Below, piece by piece: positions 1 to 9,897 of a DNA stretch of 30,894 nt. The position numbers and the translations under genes are program-made. Position 1 is the stretch's first letter. Each line of letters starts with the position of its first letter. The notes beneath the pieces were generated by a model. It was not told where the DNA came from. It searched no databases and saw only the letters and a list, made by a program, of their open reading frames with translations. Location: assembly GCA_963830915.1 (NCBI GenBank), contig CAWHOE010000079.1, forward strand, positions 1-30,894, read 5' to 3'. Source of the DNA: a candidate division FCPU426 bacterium (GTDB lineage: Bacteria; Oederibacteriota; Muellerivitia; Muellerivitales; Muellerivitaceae).

Positions 1-432
1 GGGATGGGCAGGTTCATACGACCAAACAGTCCGGCGATCGAATGCGGTCGCCCGATCAGCGGACCGGATAATCCGATTTGCGTTTGCGAGGCGGTTTCCG
101 GATTGGGTGCACTGGCGTCAACGATCATGAAACCGTGCGCCCTAATCCCGGCGGCGCGGTGACGGCCGCCCTCAAAGATCGAGGACCGTCCGGCGCCCGC
201 TTTGCCCCGGCGTGGACAGGCGACAGCGACCCGAGCAAGACGCGACAGCCAAGGGCCAGCCGCGTGCTGCAATACGGACGGCGGCGTCCCCGACGATCTG
301 CCGCACCGCAATGTGTTTTGCGTTCATTAAACAACCTTCGTTTTTTGGCTGGAAACAAGGCATGACAATTTGGCGCCGCCGCCAGCCTGTTGTGCCGCAC
401 AAAAGCATTTGGTAGTTGTGCCGTGTCCCGCC

Positions 433-450
433 TATACAACTGCTTGTATA
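433..450. promoter_or_regulatory. Palindromic operator-like site TATACAA-N4-TTGTATA upstream of HTH gene
   Basis: Perfect 7-bp inverted repeat ending 13 bp before GTG at 464, next to a GGAG RBS. Confidence 0.4.
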
Positions 451-463
451 TTTTGGAGCCGAA

Positions 464-770
464 GTGACCCAGCGGCAGCACAAACATCATATCGACGTGC
501 AGACCGACGAAGACCTCGTCACGGTACGCCATTGGCGCCCATGCCGTTCTGGCGCGGTGCCGGGGGGATTCGCCAAATTATTCAATCGGGTGGTGGATTC
601 CAGCGTGGGCCCGGCTATCCGACGCGGCACGGGCCGCCTACGTACCCATGGTGCGGTTTGCCGATCATCGCAATCAGTTTCGCGTGCAGATCGGGCGGGC
701 GGGAATGATGAAGTACACCGGCCTGTCGCAGTCGAGCATCAAGCGGGCCATCAAGGATTTGATCGCCAAC
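464..770 (+). CDS. Helix-turn-helix domain protein, 5' fragment (frameshift near 605, cut by junction at ~770)
   Basis: GGAG RBS + GTG464 gives MTQRQHKHH...GGFAKLFNRVVDSS; after a frame change at ~605 it reads WARLSDAARAAYVPMVRFADHRNQFRVQIGRAGMMKYTGLSQSSIKRAIKDLIA, a winged-HTH-like pattern (TGLSQSSIKRAIKDL). Confidence 0.55.
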
Positions 771-3700
771 TCAACAACACCTATTCCGGGGCGACGACGA
801 TCAGCGCGGGCACGCTGCAGATCGGCGGCAGCGGTAACCTGGGCTCGGGGACGTACGCCGGCACGATCACGGACAATGGCACGTTCCAGTACAACAGCAC
901 CTCCAACCAGACCCTTTCCAACACCATCAGCGGCACGGGCGCCGTGAACGACTCCGGCGCGAGCACGCTGATCCTGACGGGGACCAACAACTACTCCGGG
1001 GCGACGACGATCGGCAGCGGCGCCACCCTCCAGCTGGGCAACGCCACGACGACCGGGACGATCGCCAGCACCTCCGGCATCACCGACAACGGCACCCTGG
1101 CGTTTGACCTCACCGCCAATACGACGATCAGCAAGAACATCACCGGCACCGGCGGGGTGAGCCAGAACAATTCGGGCGTCATCACGCTCAGCGGCACGAA
1201 CAATTACACGGGCGCGACCGTGGTGAGCACGGGCGACACGCTGAATGCCGGCAGCACGACGGCGTTCGGCAGCGGCAGCGCGGTGACGATCAACGGCACG
1301 GGCACGCTGGCCCTGAACGGCAACAACGTTTCGGTGCAATCGGTTGCCGGCACCGGCAGCGGCACCGTGTCCCTCGGCGGAAACACGCTGACCTTTACCG
1401 GCGGCACGGGCGGCACGGCCACCTTCGCCGGCGCGGTGACCGGCACCGGCGGCGCTATTACCGTGAACAACTCGGCCCTTACCGAGGTCCTCTCCGGAAC
1501 CAACACCTACACCGGGAACACGACGATCACCGCGGGCACGCTGGAGATCAGCGGCAGCGGCGACCTTGGCTCGGGGACGTATGCCGGCACGATCGCGGAC
1601 AACGGCACGTTGCAGTACAACAGCACCACCAATCAGGTCCTTTCCAACACGATCAGCGGCACGGGTGCTCTCAACGATTCCGGCGCGAGCACGCTGACCC
1701 TGACGGGGACCAACAACTACTCCGGGGCGACCACGATCGGCGGCGGCGCCACCCTCCAGCTGGGCAACGCCACGACGACCGGGACGATTGCCAGCACCTC
1801 CGGCATCACCGACAACGGCACCCTGGCGTTTGACCTCACCGCCAACACGACGATCAGCAAGAACATCTCCGGCACCGGCGGGGTGAGCCAGATCAATTCG
1901 GGCGTCATCACGCTCAGCGGCACGAACAATTACACGGGCGCGACCGTGGTGAGCACGGGCGACACGCTCAACGCCGGCAGCACGACGGCCTTCGGCAGCG
2001 GCAGCGCGGTGACGATCAATGGCACGGGGAATCTGGCCCTGAACGGGTTCAATGTTTCGGTGCAATCGGTCGCCGGCACCGGCAGCGGCACCGTTTCCCT
2101 CGGCGGAAACACGCTGACCTTCACCGGCGGCGCGGGCGGCACGGCCGCATTCTCGGGCGTCATCAGTGGCACGAGCGGCGCGATAACGGTGAACAACTCG
2201 GCCCTTACCGAGGTCCTCTCCGGAACCAACACCTACACCGGCGCCACCACGATCACGGCCGGCACCCTGCAGCTGGGCAACGGCGGGACGACAGGATCGA
2301 TCGCCAACACCTCGGGGATCACCGACAACGGGACCCTGGCCTTCGATTACTCGAATGCGCAGACCTTCAACCAGACGATTTCCGGCACCGGCGGGGTCAG
2401 CCAGATCGGGGGGGGCACCCTGACCCTGACCGGGACCAAGAACTATTCCGGCGCGACCAACATCGGCAGCGGCAGCACGCTGCAGATCGGCAACAGCGGC
2501 AACAGCACGTCGCTCGGCACATCGGGATCGTACGCCGGGAACATCACGGACAACGGCACGCTGCAGTACAGCAGCAGCGCCAACCAGACTCTTTCGGGCA
2601 CGATCAGCGGCACGGGCTCCCTGACGAAGGATACGGGCACGTCGTCCATACTCACGCTGAGCGGCACCAACAACTATTCGGGGGGGACGACGATCTCGGC
2701 CGGCACCGTGTCGGCGACCACCGGTTCCGCCCTGGGGACCGGCAGCGTGACGGTGAGCAATGCCACGCTCTCCCTCGCCGGCAGCGGAACGGCCTCGTCG
2801 CCGACCGTCTTCTCGAATTCGGGAACGCTTTCCCTCAGTGACGGGACCGGGGGCGGGGCGCTGACCGACGCGTCCGGCAGCAACGATTGGCAGGGCAATA
2901 TTGCCCTGACCGGGAATTCCACGGTCACCACGGGATCGGGTTCCAACATCCTCTATTTGGGCGCCCTCACCGGAAACACCCTCAACCTGAATTCCTACAC
3001 GCTCACCCTGAACACCACCTCGGCGGCGACCACCGCCCCGTCCTACGATGTTCCGACGAGCCACATGGACGACACGAACGTGCTGATCAACACGATCATC
3101 AGCGGCTCCGGCGGGATCACCAAGATCGGCACCGGCACGGTCACGATCGAGAACGGCACGGGCAACAGCTACACGGGCGCGACGACCATCACGGGCGGCA
3201 CCCTCATCGGGTACGGGAACGACCAGAAGCCGATTTTCTCGGGCAATTCGATCTTTATTGGAAATTCGTCCAGCCCGGGCGCTGCGGATTCGGTCGTTCT
3301 CCAGCTGGGCCAGGTGGCGACTGGATTGGCTTCCGCAAACTACATCGTCGGGTCGGGGTACTCCTCCCTGAACAATACGACCAACGCGGCGATGACCATC
3401 TATCAGGACGGCCTGTTTCAGATGGGAGGAGGCTCCCAGGGCCTTGCGTCGCTCACCCTGCAGGGCGGCGCGGTGCTCGGCGAGGAGAGCGGCCTCGACG
3501 CCCGGCCGATACTTTCCATCGCCAACAACAACGGGGCGAGCGGCGGCATCACGACCAACGCGAGCAGCCAGACCGCCACGATCGCGAGCGGCTCGAGCAC
3601 AAGCGGCACGAACGGCTATTCATTCCTGGGGCTGGTCGGCAATCAGTTCACGTTCAACATTGCCTCCGGCACCGTGACCGGGGGAAGCACACCGGGCGTG

Positions 3701-5650
3701 GATTTGCTGGTCAGCGACGTCGTGGAGAACGGCTACGGCTACACGGGCAATGGCTCGGGCAGCGGCTTCACCGGTTCGGGCGTCGGAATCGGCGTCTACA
3801 AGACGGGCACGGGCACCCTGGAATTCAATGCGTCGAACACCTATGACGGCGTCACGGAGATCCACCAGGGCGTCCTGAATATCCAGTTCGGCACGCTGAA
3901 TGACCCCAACAATCCGGGCAATGTCGGATCCGCCCTGGGCGCCTATAGCACGGGCAGTTTCGGCGCCCTGGACAACGGAACGCAGGTCGACGCCACGGGT
4001 GCGCAGCTCCAGCTGCAGAATAACATCACGATTTACAAGCTGGAAACCCTGACCCTCAACGGCACCGGCATTAGCAACAACGGCGCCCTGCTCAACGTGT
4101 CGGGGACCAACACCTGGAACGGCGCGATCATCCTCGGATCGAACACCCAGATCAACGCCAACGACTCCTCGACGCTGGACCTCGTCAATGTCGACAACAC
4201 CAACGGACACTCCGAGAATCTCATCTTCGGATCGACGACCGGAGGCGGGGGCCAGAGCCTGACCTTTGGCGGCGGCGGCACCACGCTGGTCAACGGCGGC
4301 ATCGGCGGAAACACCGGCGCGCTGGTCGGCAACATCATCGTGAATGCCACCGACGGGGTTTCCACGAATGGAACGGTCATCTTCGCCGGGGCGAACAGCT
4401 ACACGGGCACGACCGCGGTGAACAACGGAACCCTCGAGATTGCCAATACGGGCGGCCTGGCGGGCACCTCCGCTACGGTCGCCTCGGGGGCCACCATGGC
4501 GGTGGCGACCGACTACAACGGCGCCGGCGCGATCACCGTCGGAAACAGCAGCCTTCCCGTGACGATCAACGGCACCGGAGTGAACGGATCGAGCGACGGC
4601 GGGACGGGCAATGGCGCGATCGAGAACATCTCGGGCAACAACACCTTTGCCAGCAACATCACGCTCGGATCGGCCTCCTCGATCAAGGCCGATACCGGCA
4701 CGACCTTCACGGTTTCGGGCAACATCGGGGGCAGCGGCGAGAATCTCACCGTGGGCGGCGTCGGCAACATGACGATCACCGGGAACATCAACACGGGCAG
4801 CGGGACCCTGACCAAGGTGGACTCCGGCACCGTGACCCTGGACCATTCTTCGGCCAATTCCTTCACCGGTCTTACGACCGTAAGCGGCGGCACGCTGGCC
4901 CTGGGCGCGAGCAGCCAGCTCAACAACTCGAACCAGCTCACGATCGGCAGCGGCGGCACGTTCAACCTGAACACCTACAACCAGACCCTCTTCAGCACGA
5001 CGACGGGCACCTTTGCGCTCAGCACGGGCGGCGTGCTCGAATTCGGCACCTCGGGCGCCGGCTCGACCCTCACGCTGGCGGGCTCCGGCACCATCACCTT
5101 CTCCGGTTCGATGACCGGCTACGGCACGATCATCGTCGATCCAGGCGTGACCCTGCTCTTCAACTCCAACGTGACGGATGCAAACGTCAGCATCATCCTC
5201 GACAACGCCACCCTTGACGTCAACGGGAAGAGCCTGACCTTCGACAACCTGACCTTCGAGGGCGGCACCTCCAACCTCAATTTTGCGGGCGGCAGTTCGG
5301 TCATCGATTTCAAGGGCACGGTTTACGCGGGCGTTTTGACCGACACCCTCGACGTCGACAACTGGACGGGCGGGACCACCTTCTTCTATTCGACGACGGA
5401 GCCCGACCCGAGCGGGCGCTACAATCCGCCCCTCAACCAGATCGTTTTCGAGGGCGGCACCCCGCCTTGGACCGGCGCCAACACCACATGGCAGGGCTGG
5501 ACCGACGGGCCTGACACCGACCACCAGATCGTGCCCGTTCCGGAGCCTTCGGTCTATGGCGCCGTGGCGGCCGCGTTTGCGACCGGCCTGGCCGGAATTG
5601 TCGCGCTGCGGCGCCGCAGGGCCTCCGCAGCCGCGGCGGCGAAGATCTAG
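771..5650 (+). CDS. Large PEP-CTERM exosortase-target protein with autotransporter-associated beta-strand (PATR-like) repeats; 5' end missing
   Basis: Many L(S/T)GTNxY(S/T)GATTIxxGTL repeats, G/T/S/N-rich; C-terminus VPEPSVYGAVAAAFATGLAGIVALRRRR (PEP motif, TM helix, Arg cluster). The first ~118 aa of ORF 416-5650 belong to segment A. Confidence 0.9.
775..2226 (+). repeat. Tandem duplication of a 726-bp (242-codon) unit inside the PEP-CTERM gene; boundaries approximate
   Basis: Near-identical blocks offset by 726 bp, e.g. GCACGAACAATTACACGGGCGCGACCGTGGTGAGCAC at 1194 and 1920; shadow ORFs 991-1203/1717-1929 and 1204-1506/1930-2232 almost identical. Confidence 0.9.
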
Positions 5651-5652
5651 CA

Positions 5653-5669
5653 AAAGACCTCAGGTCTTT
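5653..5669. terminator. Small hairpin between convergent genes, possible weak terminator
   Basis: AAAGACC-TCA-GGTCTTT right after the stop at 5650. Confidence 0.3.
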
Positions 5670-5683
5670 GCCTGAAATCAGCG

Positions 5684-7294
5684 CTAAGGCGCCCGGCGCC
5701 GGGCGCCCAGGATCGGCAGGATTCCCGGGGGGTGGCTGTCCGAATAGGCGTAGAGGGCGTACATGACGTCGATGGGCAGGGAGGGCAGGACGGGCAGGTA
5801 GCGCTCGATCGACCCGCTTTGGCCGCCGGTCCGGAAATAGCGTTCAAGAACGTCGAGGGAGACGACCCTCCCGCCGGAGATTGCCTTCATGGCCGTTCCT
5901 GCGGCCTGCAACTCTTTCCAGTCCCCCGACACCCCTGCCGCGCAATAGAGCGACAGGTATGTGCCGATGCGTTTTTCTGAAGGTGCGGGCGGGTTCTTCT
6001 CGAATGCTTCGGCGACCTGGGCCAGAACGGCGCTGTTCGGATACCGTATCAAGTGTGCGCAAAGCAGTTCCACAAGAGGCGTGCCGTCCCTGCTGGCGGC
6101 CAGCAGCCGGCCGACCTGGTCCTGGAGGATGCCCTGCCATCCCAGGGCCGCGTAGGCGTCGAGATAAAGCCGGAGGCGGTCGGGAGCCGGAAGCCTGGCC
6201 TGCCAGCGGTTGAGCTCGAAGAGGGCGTCTCCGGCATACCCGGCCCCGATGAGCCAATCGATCCTGTAGTAGAGGAGATAGGGATCCTCGTCCTCCTGCG
6301 GCGGAGCCGCCAGCACGCGCCGCGCCTCTTCCTTCGGCCTGCTCCGGGTCATGAGTTCCCAGGCGCAGGCCTGCCTGGCGAATCCAGGCAGCGCGGGGGC
6401 TTTCGAAGCCTCTTCGATGAACCGGGTGTCACGGGTCCGCCGGCTTGAGATCAGCAGCGCATTCAGCCAGACTCCGGCCTCCGTCTTCTCGGCATTCATC
6501 CGCTCCCAGGCGAGCGCCTCGATCGACTTGAAATCTCCCCGGGCAAGCAGGCTCAGGTACCAGGCCTGGGCGGTCTCCGCGCGCTGCGCCGGATGCTCGT
6601 CCATCAGCCTCCGGTAGATCTGGTTCGATACGTCGTTCCCGCTGGTCTGCCACAGCTGCGCCAGGATCCGGCCCGGCATGTAGCCGTGGGGATCGAGCTG
6701 GTAGCTCTGCGCCAGGTAAAGCAGCGCTTCGCCCGTCCGATTGGCGTGCAGGGCGGCCTCGGCCCTTTGGTAGAAATAGAGTGCGCGGGACTCCCGGATC
6801 TCATGCCAAGCCGGGGGCCACGCGACCGACGAGATGCGCACCGGGTACCCGACCGCGTGAAGGAAGGCGAAGGCGAGGATAACGCAGCCGAGGTACAGGG
6901 CGGCCATGGTCCCTCCGGTCCATGCGGCAGCGCGAAGCCAGAAAGGCCTCACCCTGGTCGCGTCGACCGAGCAGCGCCACCGGCCGTCGGGCGCCTTCTT
7001 GAGCAGCGGGCAGACGCGCCGGAATCGCGCCGGATCGTTCCAAAGCACCGCCGCATCGCAGCCCGTCTCCCATGCCCGTCCCGAGTCGCTTGGGTTCTGG
7101 CAGGGACAGCGGCTTCGCCTCCCGCGAATCACGAAAACGGTCTTGCTCAGGTTGAGCGCGGCCAGGGCCCACCAGAAGCGGCCCCAATCGGCCAGCCAGG
7201 CGCCGACCACGGCGGGCCGGATCCGGTCCAATAGGCTTCGAAGGAACCCGGTCTCGTCGCGGTCGGCTTCGGGGTGTGGCGATGTGTCTTGCAC
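5684..7294 (-). CDS. Hypothetical membrane-anchored protein: Cys-rich N-terminal region, TM helix, TPR-like helical C-terminus
   Basis: C-terminal 536 aa of ORF 5684-7915 from GTG7294; RCPCQNPSDSG...GC...VCPLL...RCSV, hydrophobic ALYLGCVILAFAFL, then Ala/Leu-rich helical repeats; start uncertain because it coincides with the junction. Confidence 0.7.
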   Translation of the reverse strand: MQDTSPHPEADRDETGFLRSLLDRIRPAVVGAWLADWGRFWWALAALNLSKTVFVIRGRRSRCPCQNPSDSGRAWETGCDAAVLWNDPARFRRVCPLLKKAPDGRWRCSVDATRVRPFWLRAAAWTGGTMAALYLGCVILAFAFLHAVGYPVRISSVAWPPAWHEIRESRALYFYQRAEAALHANRTGEALLYLAQSYQLDPHGYMPGRILAQLWQTSGNDVSNQIYRRLMDEHPAQRAETAQAWYLSLLARGDFKSIEALAWERMNAEKTEAGVWLNALLISSRRTRDTRFIEEASKAPALPGFARQACAWELMTRSRPKEEARRVLAAPPQEDEDPYLLYYRIDWLIGAGYAGDALFELNRWQARLPAPDRLRLYLDAYAALGWQGILQDQVGRLLAASRDGTPLVELLCAHLIRYPNSAVLAQVAEAFEKNPPAPSEKRIGTYLSLYCAAGVSGDWKELQAAGTAMKAISGGRVVSLDVLERYFRTGGQSGSIERYLPVLPSLPIDVMYALYAYSDSHPPGILPILGARRRAP

Positions 7295-7915
7295 GACGAC
7301 GGCGGGCAGTCCCAGGGATCGGGCCACGATGGCCACGTGGGAAGTCCGGCCCCCTACGTCGGTGGAAAAGCCCTTGACCCGATCCGGAGGCAGATTGGCG
7401 GTGTCGGAGGGTGCCAGGTCGGCGGCGATGATGATGACTTCCCTGTCCAGTTTTTTAAATTGGTCCTTATCCCCGCCCGTGAGGTTCCTCAGGACCCGGT
7501 CGCCCACGTCCTGGATGTCCCCACCCCTCTCGCGGAAATAGGCGTCGTCGATGGTGGCGATGAGGGTCTGGAACTTCTCCAGGGCCTCGTACAAAAGATG
7601 CTCGGCGTTCAAACGCCTCTTCTGAATGGCGTCGGGTATCTCCTCGACGAAAAGGGGGTCATCCAACACCACTTGGTGGGCCTGGAAGATGGCGGCGTGC
7701 TCTTCCCCCAGTTTCTCCTTCATTTTCTCTTCCAGCTCGGAGATCTGGTCGCGGGTCTTGTCCAGGGCTTCCCGGAATCGCTTCAACTCATCGGGCACTT
7801 CCTCGGCTTTGAGGCTGCGTCGGGCGAAGGAGATGCCCAGGGGGTGATAAAGATAAGCTGGCCCGATGGCGATACCGCCGGAGGCTGGAACCCCATTGAA
7901 GATTTTCTCCGCCAT
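7295..7915 (-). CDS. ptsI: PTS enzyme I, N-terminal 207 aa only (truncated at junction)
   Basis: GVPASGGIAIG start, AAIFQAH, YFRERGGDIQDVGDRVL, DLAPSDTA, phospho-His motif GGRTSHVAIVARSLGLPAVV; PEP-binding domain absent. Confidence 0.9.
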
Positions 7916-7956
7916 GAACGACTCCTTTGAATGACCGACCGCTTCCTGGTGAACTT

Positions 7957-8229
7957 CTATTCCTTCTCCCCGAATTTATGGGCCAACAGCTGTTTCAGCG
8001 CCACCAGGGCTTCCTTGGCGTCCTCCCCGTCGGCCGAGAATTCCATCTCCGTCCCCTTGGCCGCGGCCAGGGTCATCAGGCCCATCAGGCTCTTGGCGTT
8101 CACGTTCTGGACGCCATGATGGATAGTGATCTGGCATTTGAACTTGTTGGCCACTTTCACTAGTTCGGCGGCGGCCCTCAAATGGAGTCCCAATTTGTTG
8201 ATGACGGTCAATTTTTCGCTGAGTTTCAT
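7957..8229 (-). CDS. ptsH: Phosphocarrier protein HPr
   Basis: NKLGLHLRAA (His15) and VNAKSLMGLMTLAA (Ser46); 90 aa from ATG8229. Confidence 0.95.
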   Translation of the reverse strand: MKLSEKLTVINKLGLHLRAAAELVKVANKFKCQITIHHGVQNVNAKSLMGLMTLAAAKGTEMEFSADGEDAKEALVALKQLLAHKFGEKE

Positions 8230-8240
8230 TGTTTTCCCTT

Positions 8241-9130
8241 CTACTTTAGCATAGCCAGGGGATGGATGAATCCATCCGCCGGCGCGTGCCCGCTCAAGAT
8301 CACGGGCGAAGCGCTCAGGTCCGGCCAAAAGGCCAGCATGAGCGCGAACAAGACCACGGCGTAGAACATCTGACTTGGACTGATCTTCCGGTGCAGCGCG
8401 AAGGTGAAAAGCCCCACGATCGCGGTGAAAAAGATCAGCCTAAGAATGAATAAACTCGGCCCCTTCTCCAGGTCTGCCAGGTTCACAAAAACGATGAGGA
8501 CCGACAGGAGCAACAGGGTCGCCAGTTTCAGCCCCCGAATGGCCTCCTGAAACCGTAGCGCCGGATGGCCAGGACCACCTGGTCCCCTTTGCGGTAGCCC
8601 TGGAGGAACCCCATCAGGCGGATACCCAGATGGGTCGCGTTGAATACCAGCAGGAACAGGACGGGGATGATCCAGGCGTAGCCCTTGGGCTGGAAGGCCT
8701 GGGACATCACCAACACCACGGCCATCAGGCCGCAGTAGGGGCGCAGGGTGGCCCAGAAAAAATTATCCCCGATGGCGGCCAGGGGACCCATCATGCCGAC
8801 CTTCAGGGCGCTGATCTCCTCCTCTTTTTGCTTCTGCTTGGCCTTGGGCAATTGTTGTCGTTCCTCTTCCATGCGGATGACCGCGCCCAGGATGAAAGAG
8901 GCCATGAAGGGATGGGTGTTGAAATATTCCATATGCCGGGACAAGGCTTCCCCTCTTTCCTCCCTGGGATAGATCCTGCGCAAGACTGGCACCAATACCA
9001 GGGCGAAACCAAAGCTCAGGTACCGTTCAAAGTTCCAGACCGCCTGCAGGAAGAGGGTCCGCAGGAAGGCCGAGGCCAGGTCCAGGAAGGTCAAGCGAGG
9101 GAGTTCGGGTATCTTTTCTTCGGGCGTCAT
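8241..9130 (-). CDS. Mannose/fructose/sorbose-family PTS IID component (frameshift near 8550)
   Basis: WNFER, RHMEYFNTHP, KVGMMGPLAAIGDNFFW; adding one base at GGTTTCAGGAG gives YGFQEAIRGLKL continuing into ORF 8241-8513. Confidence 0.85.
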
Positions 9131-9897
9131 GCGTTCTCACCTTTTCCGAGGAAGAAAAGCGTGATGATCAGCCCGGCCATCAGGACCAAAGTGACCAGCC
9201 ATATCCCTTGGACCTGTCCGATCAAGGCCAGGCACAAGATGGAGGCGACCGAAAGGACCAGGAAAAGGAAATTCTTCTTCTCCACCACCAGGTCGATGAC
9301 CGCCGAACACCCCAGGGCCAGCAGCAGCCAGTGGGCGTAATAGAGCCCCTCGATGACCTTGGCGGGGAACATTTGAAATAGCCCGGCGCTGAAATGGGCC
9401 AGGGTCAGCCCCAGAACGGCCATGAGGAAACCCTTCAGGAAAAGCTCCAGGATGACCACCAGGTTGATCCACTCGAAGGTCTTGAGATGGTTGTTCAGGG
9501 CCATACGCTGGGCGAAATGAACCCAGCGGACATGGAATTTACGAAGGAGTATCTCGACCTGCGTGCTCAAGGCCGCGAGAGGGATGGCCACCCCGATGGC
9601 GTAGGTCATGGCCGCCTCGGGCGGGTATTTGGCGGTAGTGAGCTCGGAAGCGAAAGCCACCGCAACGCCAGAAAGGACACAAAGGTCCAGCGGCAGGTGC
9701 GCCCCGACCGGCACATCGCCGATCCAGATCAACTCGATCAAAGCCCCCATGCCCAATCCCAGCTCGAAATGCCCCGTGAGCATTCCGATCACCGGTCCCA
9801 CCACGATGGGACGGGCGACCATGAACTGGCCCACCGCTGAAATGTCCAGGCTCAACAAAGCTAGGACCAGGGATAAAAGGAACCAATCGTGCATCAT
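9127..9897 (-). CDS. Mannose/fructose/sorbose-family PTS IIC component
   Basis: GQFMVARPIVVGPVIG, ELIWIGDVPVGA; multi-TM; overlaps the IID start. Confidence 0.88.
   Translation of the reverse strand: MMHDWFLLSLVLALLSLDISAVGQFMVARPIVVGPVIGMLTGHFELGLGMGALIELIWIGDVPVGAHLPLDLCVLSGVAVAFASELTTAKYPPEAAMTYAIGVAIPLAALSTQVEILLRKFHVRWVHFAQRMALNNHLKTFEWINLVVILELFLKGFLMAVLGLTLAHFSAGLFQMFPAKVIEGLYYAHWLLLALGCSAVIDLVVEKKNFLFLVLSVASILCLALIGQVQGIWLVTLVLMAGLIITLFFLGKGENA

Noticed and set aside
1..432. Short overlapping ORFs (78-365, 125-532, 172-483, 212-415)
   Set aside because: No recognisable motifs or convincing RBS; none can be supported as a gene
416..770. N-terminal 118 aa of the 1744-aa ORF as a signal or leader domain of the PEP-CTERM protein
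   Set aside because: No signal peptide; better explained as a frameshifted HTH gene from another segment
775..2700. Repeats as a CRISPR array or DGR
   Set aside because: Repeats are in-frame coding modules with no unique spacers; no cas or reverse transcriptase gene in the window
771..5650. Type V autotransporter
   Set aside because: No C-terminal beta-barrel; the protein ends in a PEP-CTERM sorting signal
674..5653. Long antisense and alternate-frame ORFs (674-3064, 2887-3846, 3620-5653 and short ones)
   Set aside because: Shadows of a GC3-rich repetitive gene, with Arg/Gly/Ala- or Val/Pro-biased translations
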